64,000 bases of DNA from Nitrosopumilus sp. (GTDB taxonomy: Archaea; Thermoproteota; Nitrososphaeria; Nitrososphaerales; Nitrosopumilaceae): assembly GCA_965205215.1 (NCBI GenBank), contig OZ242041.1, positions 1,920,001 through 1,984,000 of the forward strand. Reading direction: 5' to 3'. Every line of letters starts with the position of its first letter. Positions within the stretch are counted from its first letter, which is position 1. Below are positions 53,859-62,537 of this stretch, in pieces. Below the pieces are notes generated by a model. It was not told the DNA's origin. It saw only the letters and a program-made list of their open reading frames with translations, and made no database searches. The position numbers were made by a program, and so were the translations under genes.

Positions 53859-55469
53859 GTGCTGCGCCCCGCGGTTAAAGACGACCTGGGGGCGGCGGCG
53901 GCCGACCCCGGCATCACGCGGATACTGGAGTCGCTGCCTACGGCCGGGTTCGTGTCGGCAGACCGGCTGCAGGGGGAGCGCCACACCGTGGAGCGCGCCA
54001 TACAGTGGGCGTGCTCCCGCGGGATCATGCAAAAGACCGGCCTGGGCGGCCGCGTGATGGACCTGGAGAGCGCCAGGTTCTGGATAGGCCAGCTTGGCAA
54101 GTCGAGAATGAAGAACGTGAACGGAAACGGGGGGACCAGGCGCGCGTACGTGGAGGAGCTCGAGTCGTTCAACGAGTGGCTGCGGGGGGCAGAGTTCCCG
54201 GCGGGGCACGGAGGGCCGTTTGCCGACGTCGAGGCGCTGCTCAGGTTCTGCGAGGCGGGCGGCGCGCATGCGGCAAGGCGCGCCATCAGGCAGTACATGT
54301 CAGAGTCCGCGGGAGCGGGATACTCCATAAACACGGCCATACTAAGGTGCTCGGCCATCAAGTCGTACTTTGCCGCGCACGACATACCCGTAAGCCTGAG
54401 GGTCGACAAGAGGCGCTACGCGACGCACGACGTCCGGGACGACTCGGAGATGACCCTGATGGACTTTTACAAGATGGTGACGGCGGGCGGGACGGACGCC
54501 ATGGCGCGCGCCGTGATGATGGCAAAGTTCCAGGCGGGGCTGGACTCCAGCACCATGGCCGACAGGTTCAACTTTGAGGCGTACCCCCAGATGACAAAGT
54601 ACTTTGGGGCGGACGACCACGCCGCGTGGGACCTCGGCAGGTGCCCCGTCCCCATAAGGCTGGTCAGGGTCAAGACCGGCATGCAGTACACCACGTTCCT
54701 GGACAGGGACGCCGTGTCATGCTTGCAGGACTACCTGGGGTGGAAAAAGGAGGCGCGCGGCCGGGAGCAGGGCGGGGACGACCCCATGTTCGAGACCCGG
54801 CGCGGGACGCCGGTCAGCTCCAACTGGGTGTCGGCAAAGTTTTCGACGGCCGCCATGAACGCGGGCATACAGAGAAAGGTCACCCCCCGCATGTACAAGA
54901 TCAGGTCCCACGAGGTGCGCGATTTGCTGAAAAGCACGCTGATCGCGTCGGGGTGCGCCGCATACGTGGCAGACCACGTGCTGGGCCACTCCCCGCGCGA
55001 CTCTTACGAAAAGCAGGCGGCGCTGTACCCGGAGACGCTGCGCTCAGAGTATGCAAAGGCGTCGTGGAGGATCAACGTGTTCAGCAGCTTTGAGAGGCAC
55101 CTGGACTCGGCCGCGGCCCTTCCGCGGACGGGGCGCGACAGGACGGGGCCCGCGGCCGGGGCGGAGGGGGAGGGGCCGCGGCCGGAGGGCGCGTATGCAG
55201 GGAGCCGGATGCCGGACGCGCAGGCGCTGTTGCTGCAGCAGATGCAGCAGCAGATGCAGCAACAGCAGCAGATGCAGATGCAGATGCAGCAACAGATGCA
55301 GCAACAGCAGCAGGCCATGCAGTCCGAGATCCAGAAGATGAGGCGCGACATGGCGTATGCGGCCGGGGTCAGGCGGGCTGGCAAAAATACCGACCCCATG
55401 CCCGACGGGGCGGCGCGCAGGCTACAAGACCTGCCGGAAGACGACAGTGACGGCGGGACAACGGCGTGA
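53859..55469 (+). CDS. Tyrosine recombinase/integrase with Gln/Met-rich coiled-coil tail
   Basis: VRVKTG (catalytic K), SHEVR (HxxR), LGH and DSY (nucleophile); core-binding-like YSINT..LRCSAIKSYF; frame is open back to TGA 53811-53813. Confidence 0.85.
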   Translation: MLRPAVKDDLGAAAADPGITRILESLPTAGFVSADRLQGERHTVERAIQWACSRGIMQKTGLGGRVMDLESARFWIGQLGKSRMKNVNGNGGTRRAYVEELESFNEWLRGAEFPAGHGGPFADVEALLRFCEAGGAHAARRAIRQYMSESAGAGYSINTAILRCSAIKSYFAAHDIPVSLRVDKRRYATHDVRDDSEMTLMDFYKMVTAGGTDAMARAVMMAKFQAGLDSSTMADRFNFEAYPQMTKYFGADDHAAWDLGRCPVPIRLVRVKTGMQYTTFLDRDAVSCLQDYLGWKKEARGREQGGDDPMFETRRGTPVSSNWVSAKFSTAAMNAGIQRKVTPRMYKIRSHEVRDLLKSTLIASGCAAYVADHVLGHSPRDSYEKQAALYPETLRSEYAKASWRINVFSSFERHLDSAAALPRTGRDRTGPAAGAEGEGPRPEGAYAGSRMPDAQALLLQQMQQQMQQQQQMQMQMQQQMQQQQQAMQSEIQKMRRDMAYAAGVRRAGKNTDPMPDGAARRLQDLPEDDSDGGTTA

Positions 55470-55863
55470 CGGCGCGCTGCATGACGCGGCAGTACGGTAT
55501 GGTTCTCCAAGCCTTCCAAGGATGCGAATCCCGGGGCGTCCCACCCGGTCGCTTTCAGGGCCAATGCCTGTCAGGCGTCCGCTAGAATCGCGGTGTTAGC
55601 CCGGGTTTGGCGGCAGTTCCACCACCACCACCTCCACCACCACCTCCACCACCACCTCCACCACCGCTGTTCTACCCCGGCGTGCCCAGCAGGCGCCCCA
55701 CCTCCTCTGGCACCCGCCGGACCCACCCGTCGAGCTCCACCAGTCCGTCGTGTATACCTGACAGGTGCCGCAGGTCGCATGCCATGAGCCGGTTCGAGAC
55801 CCAGGCAGCAGGGCCGGACACCGCCACGTCTTGGCGCCAGCAGCGCAGCCCGCGGCCGGGCCG

Positions 55864-57348
55864 CTACTCGTTCAGCCTGCCCACCGTGAGTATGGTATCG
55901 CCCACGTCCACGCCGACGTGCGACGAGGCCGGCGCGCCGCCTGCGAACCCGCGGGGGCTGTAAGACATGGAGATCCTGCCGTCGACCGTTATGACGTCCC
56001 CGGTCTCCACGTCGGCCTCAAGCCACCCGTCCAGCTGGCCGCCGTATGCCCACGCGGCCTCTATGTCCCCGGTCAGTCGGTACAGGCAGTTGTAATAGTA
56101 CGTCTCAAAGCCCGTCCTTGCCAGCTCCACGTCCCTTGCAAAGGACTCGGCGGGCGCGGCCGTCCCCAGCGGGGCGGACTGGACGGTATGGCCGTCGTTC
56201 TGCATGCGCACGGACGCGGAGAACACGGGTTTGGGCATGCTGTCCTCCCACGACTTGAGCCGGTCGTCCACGGTATCGTGGAATTCTGAAAGGCAGTCGC
56301 ACGGGTTGGTCGAGTGGGCCCTGTTGTCTACGCAGCGAAAATCCGCACCAAAGTCGTATGCGGCGCCGGCCGTCCCCGCATACGGGGTCTCGACGCGGAC
56401 CGCCATCTTACCCGCATACGGGGCCGTCACACTGCCGCTTATCGGAAACGTCACTCTAACGTCATAGTCCGCGTTGCTCCGGACCACCTGGAACACGTCC
56501 GGGTGGCCCTGCAACGGTGCGATGCCCGCCGGGTATGCGGGCGCGCCCGGGTCGTGCCCGAAGTTGGAGCAGGGTTCGTACTGGTGGTGGCGGCCCGGCT
56601 TGATCTTCTCGCCCGCCTCCCAGTAATACCACGCGGGACTTCCGGCAGGCCTCGGTGTCGCGCCCCCGAGCCCGCTGTCAGACACCAGGAAGGGACTGTC
56701 GTATATGAGGTGCTTTTCCCATCTGGTGTACCACGACTCCCCGGGCTTGACGTACGAAACCTTGCAGAATATGCCGCTGTCCGAGTGGTGGTACGCGATT
56801 ACCGTGTCGGCCCCCCTCTGGCTTGCCGAGCCCCCGTCCAGGCTCATGACCGCCACGTGCCCGAACGAGTTTGCGGGGGCGGCCGGCGCCGGCGGGACGG
56901 CCCTGTCAATGGTGAATATGATGCCCTGCGCCGTCACACCCCGGAACGTATGATCCTCGTCATCCAGGAGGGCCGCCATGCCGCTTGGGAGCGGTGGTGG
57001 TGGCGGCTGACCCGTCCCGCCCCCCGCCGCGCCCGTCAGGTTCTGCGCCCGGTACGCGGGCACCGTATAGTTGACGTGCCATGCGCCCGACAGCGTCCCG
57101 TTCTCGTAGCCCCGGAACTGGATCACGGTCACGTCTTTCGCGATGTTGTTGGTGATTACGACATATTCGCCGTCGTGGATCTCGCCATGCACGCGTGACG
57201 ATGACGCAGACGGGCCGGACGCCCCCGCCCTCTCCAGCATGTCCCGCTGGATCTCCCCGAGCTCGGCCTGCTGCTCGAGCCCCGCGTATATGCCGTACAG
57301 CCCTAGGGTGATCAGCGACACCATTCCGATGACTATGATTGGGTTCAT
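55864..57348 (-). CDS. Membrane-anchored minor-pilin/ArlF-G-like protein with Cys-containing C-terminal domain
   Basis: N-terminal TM plus amphipathic helix plus VVITNN..DVTVIQ beta motif; pilus-gene context. Confidence 0.55.
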   Translation of the reverse strand: MNPIIVIGMVSLITLGLYGIYAGLEQQAELGEIQRDMLERAGASGPSASSSRVHGEIHDGEYVVITNNIAKDVTVIQFRGYENGTLSGAWHVNYTVPAYRAQNLTGAAGGGTGQPPPPPLPSGMAALLDDEDHTFRGVTAQGIIFTIDRAVPPAPAAPANSFGHVAVMSLDGGSASQRGADTVIAYHHSDSGIFCKVSYVKPGESWYTRWEKHLIYDSPFLVSDSGLGGATPRPAGSPAWYYWEAGEKIKPGRHHQYEPCSNFGHDPGAPAYPAGIAPLQGHPDVFQVVRSNADYDVRVTFPISGSVTAPYAGKMAVRVETPYAGTAGAAYDFGADFRCVDNRAHSTNPCDCLSEFHDTVDDRLKSWEDSMPKPVFSASVRMQNDGHTVQSAPLGTAAPAESFARDVELARTGFETYYYNCLYRLTGDIEAAWAYGGQLDGWLEADVETGDVITVDGRISMSYSPRGFAGGAPASSHVGVDVGDTILTVGRLNE

Positions 57349-57357
57349 GGGGCATGG

Positions 57358-58173
57358 TCACCTGACAAGCTCATACTCGTGCATGATCCTCGGATCCTCA
57401 GATATGCTGCCGGGGTCGTGCCACCTGCTGTATTCCGGAAACGGCATGCCAGATATGATGGCGGTCCGCGACTCTGCGGCCGTGTCATACCCGAGTATGG
57501 ACTTGTCCCCGGCCCGCGATATTATCGAGAGGGGCACGCTGTAAAAGTACGCGTCAATGTCCCCCCAGTGCGCCCCCACCTGCAGGCCCTGCCCCCCGTA
57601 CGGGGCCAGGTGCAAAACCGTATTCTGTATGGAGTCCGCCAGCCACACGTCCCACGCGGACGTGGGGTGCACGGCCATCGTATCGTGGGCAAGAAGCATC
57701 ACGGTGCTTTTGTTATCAAAGCCCACGTCCATTACCCAGACGGGGCCGTACGCGTGGTGCACCATCCGGTGTACGAAGTCCATGCGCAGCGTATAGCAGG
57801 GATCCGGGTAGGTCGCCTCATATGCGTGCACGCTGTTGCATACGCTATACGTGTAGGAGTCGCCCGCCGCCAGGTTCTCGCCCAGGCGCCAGGTCGTAGG
57901 CAGGGGAGCGGCGGAAGGCGGCGCCGTGTATGATGGCAGCGTTGCTGACTGCCCACCGTCATGCGACCCGGGCCCCGCGCCCGGACCGGCCGCGGACTGG
58001 GCGGTCTCCCCCACGGCCACGGCCGCGCCAAGGCATAGCAGGGCCGCGACCACAGTCATGCAGGCAAGGAATGAAAGAAGGACGGGGGCACGGCGGCCGT
58101 CCGGGGCATGGGGCGCCCCGGGCGCACGTTTCCATGTGCGTATGACGGCAGGGTGTCGGCTCACTGTCTGCAA
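57358..58173 (-). CDS. Secreted hypothetical protein; start uncertain
   Basis: Hydrophobic VLLSFLACMTVVAALLCLGAAVAVG followed by a globular WRLGENLAAGDSYTYSVC domain. Confidence 0.65.
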   Translation of the reverse strand: MQTVSRHPAVIRTWKRAPGAPHAPDGRRAPVLLSFLACMTVVAALLCLGAAVAVGETAQSAAGPGAGPGSHDGGQSATLPSYTAPPSAAPLPTTWRLGENLAAGDSYTYSVCNSVHAYEATYPDPCYTLRMDFVHRMVHHAYGPVWVMDVGFDNKSTVMLLAHDTMAVHPTSAWDVWLADSIQNTVLHLAPYGGQGLQVGAHWGDIDAYFYSVPLSIISRAGDKSILGYDTAAESRTAIISGMPFPEYSRWHDPGSISEDPRIMHEYELVR

Positions 58174-58608
58174 GGCCGCTTTTTGTTAAAAGTGCGGATT
58201 TTCAGGTTGCGGGGGCGCGGCCGGTTCGCGGCGACGGCGGCGAAGGTCATGCACCGCGCGGCGCGGCCCCGGTACCGCAGGCCCAGATTACGCGCGAAAA
58301 ATCATAGAGTTCTATGACTCTTCGCGCGCATGGGCCAATCTCCGTGCCGGGGAGCGGACCGTTCCAGGCGCGAATCCCGGCCCGTGTCCTTCACGTCCGT
58401 ACCGGAACGCGGGCATGCGCGCCAAGTATGACGGGTGTGCGCGGCGCCAAGGGCCATGCGGAGTAGTGGTGGTGACGGCGGCGGGGAGGATCACCGGACG
58501 CGAGCCAGGATCGCGTCCCACAAAAACTTGCGCATCCCGGATCCGGGGCGGGGCGGGCGCCCACGCGTGCACGCGGCGCGCCGGCCGCGGCGGACGCGCC
58601 GCGTGCTG

Positions 58609-58788
58609 CTAGTCTGCGGCGGCAACAACAACGTCCGGCACGGCCCGCAGTATCAGGGACTTGCCCTTCGTCTTCTGGACGTAGACGTAGGTGTGTTTTT
58701 TCCACCCGAGTTCCTTGACGAGGTCCGCCGGGAGGCTCACGCCCCACGACCCCCCGCTCTTCTGGATTATCTTACGAATCAGCACCAT
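58609..58788 (-). CDS. AbrB/MazE/SpoVT-type DNA-binding protein, 59 aa (absent from the ORF track)
   Basis: Manual translation: MVLIRKIIQKSGGSWGVSLPADLVKELGWKKHTYVYVQKTKGKSLILRAVPDVVVAAAD. Confidence 0.85.
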   Translation of the reverse strand: MVLIRKIIQKSGGSWGVSLPADLVKELGWKKHTYVYVQKTKGKSLILRAVPDVVVAAAD

Positions 58789-58927
58789 CCGTCACAAATG
58801 CGGAAAGCGTAAAAGGGCAAAAGGGCCGGCGCGGGCGCATCCCCCCTCCCGGCATGCCCGCCCCGCCGCCATGCTTCGGGCGCCGCGGGCCGTTCATGCC
58901 AAAAACATCATACGGTAATGTACCCTA

Positions 58928-59839
58928 ATGGAGAGGCAGATTACAAAAACATCAAATACAAAGGGCGTCACTGTTACTGGCATGGATGCCACAGTCCCAA
59001 AACGCACCACATGCGGCACGTCCCCCAAACGCCACGCGAGGCAAAAGGCGGCCGTGGACGCCTGCGCGCACGACGCCCGGTACGAGACGTCCACCCCCGA
59101 GGGGGAGATCGTCTGCCGCGCGTGCGGGATGGTCAAGGGAATGGACGGCCAGCAGCAGATGTACGCGGATTCCGCGGCGCTCCCGCGCACGCGCACCAAC
59201 CTGTACCTGGAGATGGAAGTGGGCGGCAAGCCGGACCCGAGGCTCAGGGCCGACAGGTTCGTGCGCCGCGGGCACGACATGGCGGCGGTCAGCAACATAT
59301 CGCAAAAGCTTGGAATCCCAAACAGCGCGGGCAGGGACGCGTGGGCGTGGTACCGGAGGCTGCGCCGCGCGCCGGGCATGCGCATGACAAAGGCAAAGCT
59401 CCTGGTGCTGGCGTTTCACGGCGTCTGCAGGGCGTGGGGCCACCCGCTAAACGAGGCCAGGCTGCGGGATGCCATACGCATGGAGCTGGGCGTGAGGCAC
59501 GCGCACTCGTACCTGCGCGTCATAATGGAGGCCTCGTCGTACGTGGACGGGGAAACCGGGGAGCACGTGCTGCGCAGGATAGGGTTCCTCGACATGACCG
59601 GGCGCGGCACGTCCGGTGGCGGCGGCGACGCCAGGCCCCCGCTACCGTCCCCGTCGAGCGCATTCTCCATAAGCACCGAGATCCAGTCCCTGGGACACGA
59701 GTACGAGCCCGGGATCGCAGAGGCGCTGGCACGCGAGGCGCGCGCCATACTCCCCGTGCTGGAGCAGAGGGAGTCCAACCGGGCGCGGGCGGCGCGCGCC
59801 GCCGTGCGCATAGCCAAGAGGAGGTACGGGGCGCTATGA
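58928..59839 (+). CDS. Divergent TFB/TFIIB-like protein (Zn ribbon + cyclin-like helices)
   Basis: CAH...EGEIVCRACGMV Zn ribbon; VSNISQKLGIP..A...Y cyclin-repeat-like segment. Confidence 0.65.
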   Translation: MERQITKTSNTKGVTVTGMDATVPKRTTCGTSPKRHARQKAAVDACAHDARYETSTPEGEIVCRACGMVKGMDGQQQMYADSAALPRTRTNLYLEMEVGGKPDPRLRADRFVRRGHDMAAVSNISQKLGIPNSAGRDAWAWYRRLRRAPGMRMTKAKLLVLAFHGVCRAWGHPLNEARLRDAIRMELGVRHAHSYLRVIMEASSYVDGETGEHVLRRIGFLDMTGRGTSGGGGDARPPLPSPSSAFSISTEIQSLGHEYEPGIAEALAREARAILPVLEQRESNRARAARAAVRIAKRRYGAL

Positions 59840-60939
59840 GCGCAGAAAGCACGCAGGGGCGGCGACGGCAGGTCCGCACCGCGTCCATACGATACCACGA
59901 TCTCGACGTTACGGTCCCGCTGCAAAAGCACGTGGACGCGTACAGACGCATCTTTGCAGAGGCGGCGTCCGGACAGCCGCCCCGCGCAGGCAGGATCCCG
60001 GCAGTCAGGGTGGGCGACGTGGGCGGCACCCTGTACCTGATGGCAGACGGCGACGTGTACCGCGGGGCCATGGCGGCGGGCGCCGAGTCGATCAGGTGTA
60101 CGGTCATAAAATGCGCCGACGTATCCGACTTTCTTGTGAGGCACGTCGAGTGCAACCACAGGCCCGCGGGGATCAACCCGCTCCTCCTGCGGAGGGTGTC
60201 AGACTACGTGGCCGCACACGGAAGCGGGGAGGAGTCGGCCGCCCTGTCGCGCATATGCGGCGGGACCATACACCAAAAGTTCATCGCGCTGGACCTGGAG
60301 CCCAAGGCCGCCGCCATACTGGGCGGGCTCTGCGAGTTTCTGGGCTCAAGGCTGTCACAGTTCGTGCTGCCGTACTACATACCGCACCACATATCGAAGC
60401 AGAAGCCGGGCATGCAGGCGGAGCTGGCCGAAAAGGTGTCCGGGCTGGTGAGGGCGCGCACCGTAACCGACGCCCGCTTTGCATGGCCCAGCCACGAGGA
60501 GGTAAGTATGATATCCGACACCCCGCGGTACCGCGCGGGGGAGGAGGAAAAACCCGCCGTAGTGACGCCGGACGGAGAGCGGCCGTCCCCCAGGGAGGTG
60601 CGGCGCGCCAAGAAGCTGATCAAAAACGCGCGCGACGTCATCGCAATCCCGGGGACCGACGCGCACCCGCCATACCTCATAGACCTCAAGGCAAAGCGCG
60701 CCTCCATTGTGGATGACCGCAGAACGGTCACGGTCCTCAGGGACGCGGACCCGGAGGGCGCCGGCGCCGCCATGACGTACCTGTTCCCGCGCGAGGCCGG
60801 CAGATGGCTGGGGCTCTCAGGCGGGGAGGCAGACGGCTCGGACGTGGAGATGGTGCAGTTCGACGCGTCTACAAACCTGGCGGACTTTGCGAAGAAGCAC
60901 CGCGGCGCGCGCGGGGTCGTGTTCTACAGGAGGGCCTAG
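59836..60939 (+). CDS. ParB/Srx-like N-terminal domain protein (degenerate), 367 aa
   Basis: ATG 59836 overlaps the upstream stop (ATGA); IPAVRV...LYLMADGDVYRGAM..GAESIRC...N..INPL pattern. Confidence 0.55.
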   Translation: MSAESTQGRRRQVRTASIRYHDLDVTVPLQKHVDAYRRIFAEAASGQPPRAGRIPAVRVGDVGGTLYLMADGDVYRGAMAAGAESIRCTVIKCADVSDFLVRHVECNHRPAGINPLLLRRVSDYVAAHGSGEESAALSRICGGTIHQKFIALDLEPKAAAILGGLCEFLGSRLSQFVLPYYIPHHISKQKPGMQAELAEKVSGLVRARTVTDARFAWPSHEEVSMISDTPRYRAGEEEKPAVVTPDGERPSPREVRRAKKLIKNARDVIAIPGTDAHPPYLIDLKAKRASIVDDRRTVTVLRDADPEGAGAAMTYLFPREAGRWLGLSGGEADGSDVEMVQFDASTNLADFAKKHRGARGVVFYRRA

Positions 60940-61587
60940 ATGCCGCGGGCCGGCGACGGCTGCGATGCCGCAGCCGCCATACGCATGCTCTCAAGGTACT
61001 CGCGCTCCACCAAGGCCACCAAACTGGGGCTCATACAGGGGGGTGGGGCGGGGCCGGGGAAAGACGGGCGCACCGTGCACGCGCACGCGGGCCAGCGGCG
61101 GCGGCGCCGCACGCGGGTCGGCAGGGTGGGGCCGGACGACATGAGGCGCATGGCAAGATCCGGGCTGATATCGCGTCCGGAAGGCGGCCGGCCCACAGTC
61201 ACGCCGGTGGGCCGCTGGTCGGTCACGACGTCCGGGCTGGGCATATCGTTCTTTGAGATGTGCGTCCTGGCAAAGGTGTACGGGGTTGCGCGCAGCATGG
61301 CGAATGCGGGGAACCGGGGGGCGGCAGACGACGGCCCCACGCACACCGCGACAATCCCGCTCAGGACGGTCCAGTACTTTTTTGAGGACTGGCCCGTATA
61401 CCCGGGGCGCGTCCACCACGCGCTGTCCCGCCTGCGCAGCCGCGGGCTGATCCCGAGGTCGCGCCCCAAGAGGGTTACGTGCGATATCGCGCGGCTCGAC
61501 GCCATGCGCAAGGAGCTCTTGGAAATAGGCAGGTGGGTCGACGACACGGGGGAGGAGATACGCCGCGTACTCTTACATGGATACTGA
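60940..61587 (+). CDS. Basic winged-helix-like DNA-binding protein
   Basis: MRRMARSGLI..VTPVG and VHHALSRLRSRGLI motifs; operonic position. Confidence 0.5.
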   Translation: MPRAGDGCDAAAAIRMLSRYSRSTKATKLGLIQGGGAGPGKDGRTVHAHAGQRRRRRTRVGRVGPDDMRRMARSGLISRPEGGRPTVTPVGRWSVTTSGLGISFFEMCVLAKVYGVARSMANAGNRGAADDGPTHTATIPLRTVQYFFEDWPVYPGRVHHALSRLRSRGLIPRSRPKRVTCDIARLDAMRKELLEIGRWVDDTGEEIRRVLLHGY

Positions 61588-62269
61588 GCTGGTCCGGCTG
61601 CTCATGGTGCTGGGCGTGCTGGCGGCAAACTCGTATACCGACATCAGATATAGGACCATACTCGGGAGCGACCGGCATTATGCGTGTATGGGTGGCGTCG
61701 GACTTGCTCTGTTCCTGCTGGACGGCGGATGGGCGGACGCGGGCGCCCTGTTCGGGACGGCGGCGGGAGTCACGCTCGCCCTGGTGTTGTACAGGTGCAG
61801 GGCGGTGGCCTCCGGCGACTGCATAATCCTGCTGATAGTCTCGGTCACGCTGCCCACGGCGTTTGGCGTACCGTTTCTGCCCGTTCTGGCAGGTTTGTTT
61901 GGCATCACCATACTGGCGTTTGCGGTGGTGGGATACAACGTGGCGCTGAACGTGTCGCATGCGGCGGGGCTGTACCGGCACCCGGCGGCGGGACGCCGGC
62001 CCTTCTCCTCGTGCGGGGCCGCAGGCATCCCCAAAAAGGCGGCCGCGTTCTTTGCGGCGCACCACAAAAGGAGGTGGGAGAGGCACGTGGTCCGCATCGA
62101 CGACGGACGGGGCAGCCTCTCGCTGCGCGCAACATCCGTGGGCACAAGGAGGTGGGAAACGGGGGAGGGGGAGGGGCGGCCGGTGATGGTGGCGGCCCCC
62201 GTAGTGCCGTTTCTGCTGGTGTCGACGATTCTGCTGCTACTGACACTGCACCCGGTGCTTGCGGCCTAG
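61577..62269 (+). CDS. Prepilin peptidase, A24 family (PibD/ArlK-like)
   Basis: SYTDIRYRTI and ASGDC aspartate motifs, multiple TMs, C-terminal APVVPFL. Confidence 0.8.
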   Translation: MDTELVRLLMVLGVLAANSYTDIRYRTILGSDRHYACMGGVGLALFLLDGGWADAGALFGTAAGVTLALVLYRCRAVASGDCIILLIVSVTLPTAFGVPFLPVLAGLFGITILAFAVVGYNVALNVSHAAGLYRHPAAGRRPFSSCGAAGIPKKAAAFFAAHHKRRWERHVVRIDDGRGSLSLRATSVGTRRWETGEGEGRPVMVAAPVVPFLLVSTILLLLTLHPVLAA

Positions 62270-62300
62270 CCTCCCACCGCCTTCAGAAGCCAGTGGATCA

Positions 62301-62328
62301 GAAAAAATGTGCAAGCTGCACTTTTTTC
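62301..62328 (+). terminator. Hairpin with T-run, probable terminator
   Basis: GAAAAAATGTGCA-AGC-TGCACTTTTTTC located 30 nt after the stop at 62269. Confidence 0.45.
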
Positions 62329-62409
62329 AACAACTGTTGTTCCAGGAACATCGTCTTCCCGGAAAAAAGTGAGGTGTGGTTTTTGCAGCTTGTGAAGCCC
62401 TGTATGCGA

Positions 62410-62490
62410 TACTGATGCGAATTCGTGATATAGGTATAAGAAACCGGGGCCCCCTCGATTGGGTGGCCATGTCACGAATTCACATCAGTA
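62410..62490. repeat. 81-bp element with 19-bp terminal inverted repeats (1 mismatch)
   Basis: TACTGATGCGAATTCGTGA (62410-62428) and TCACGAATTCACATCAGTA (62472-62490). Confidence 0.75.
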
Positions 62491-62537
62491 CCCCGTATGC
62501 ATAATATTATTAGACTCGAGACTTACAACCATCCACA

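Noticed and set aside
55508-55543. tRNA-like fragments (AGCCTTCCAAG..CGAATCCCGG; similar at 58365-58385 and 14515-14530) as att sites
   Set aside because: No cloverleaf, no intact GTTC T-loop and no exact direct-repeat partner; too weak without tRNAscan or BLAST.
58918-59835. N-terminal half of the 673-aa ORF
   Set aside because: Overlaps the TFB-like gene in another frame; the real gene most likely starts at ATG 59836.
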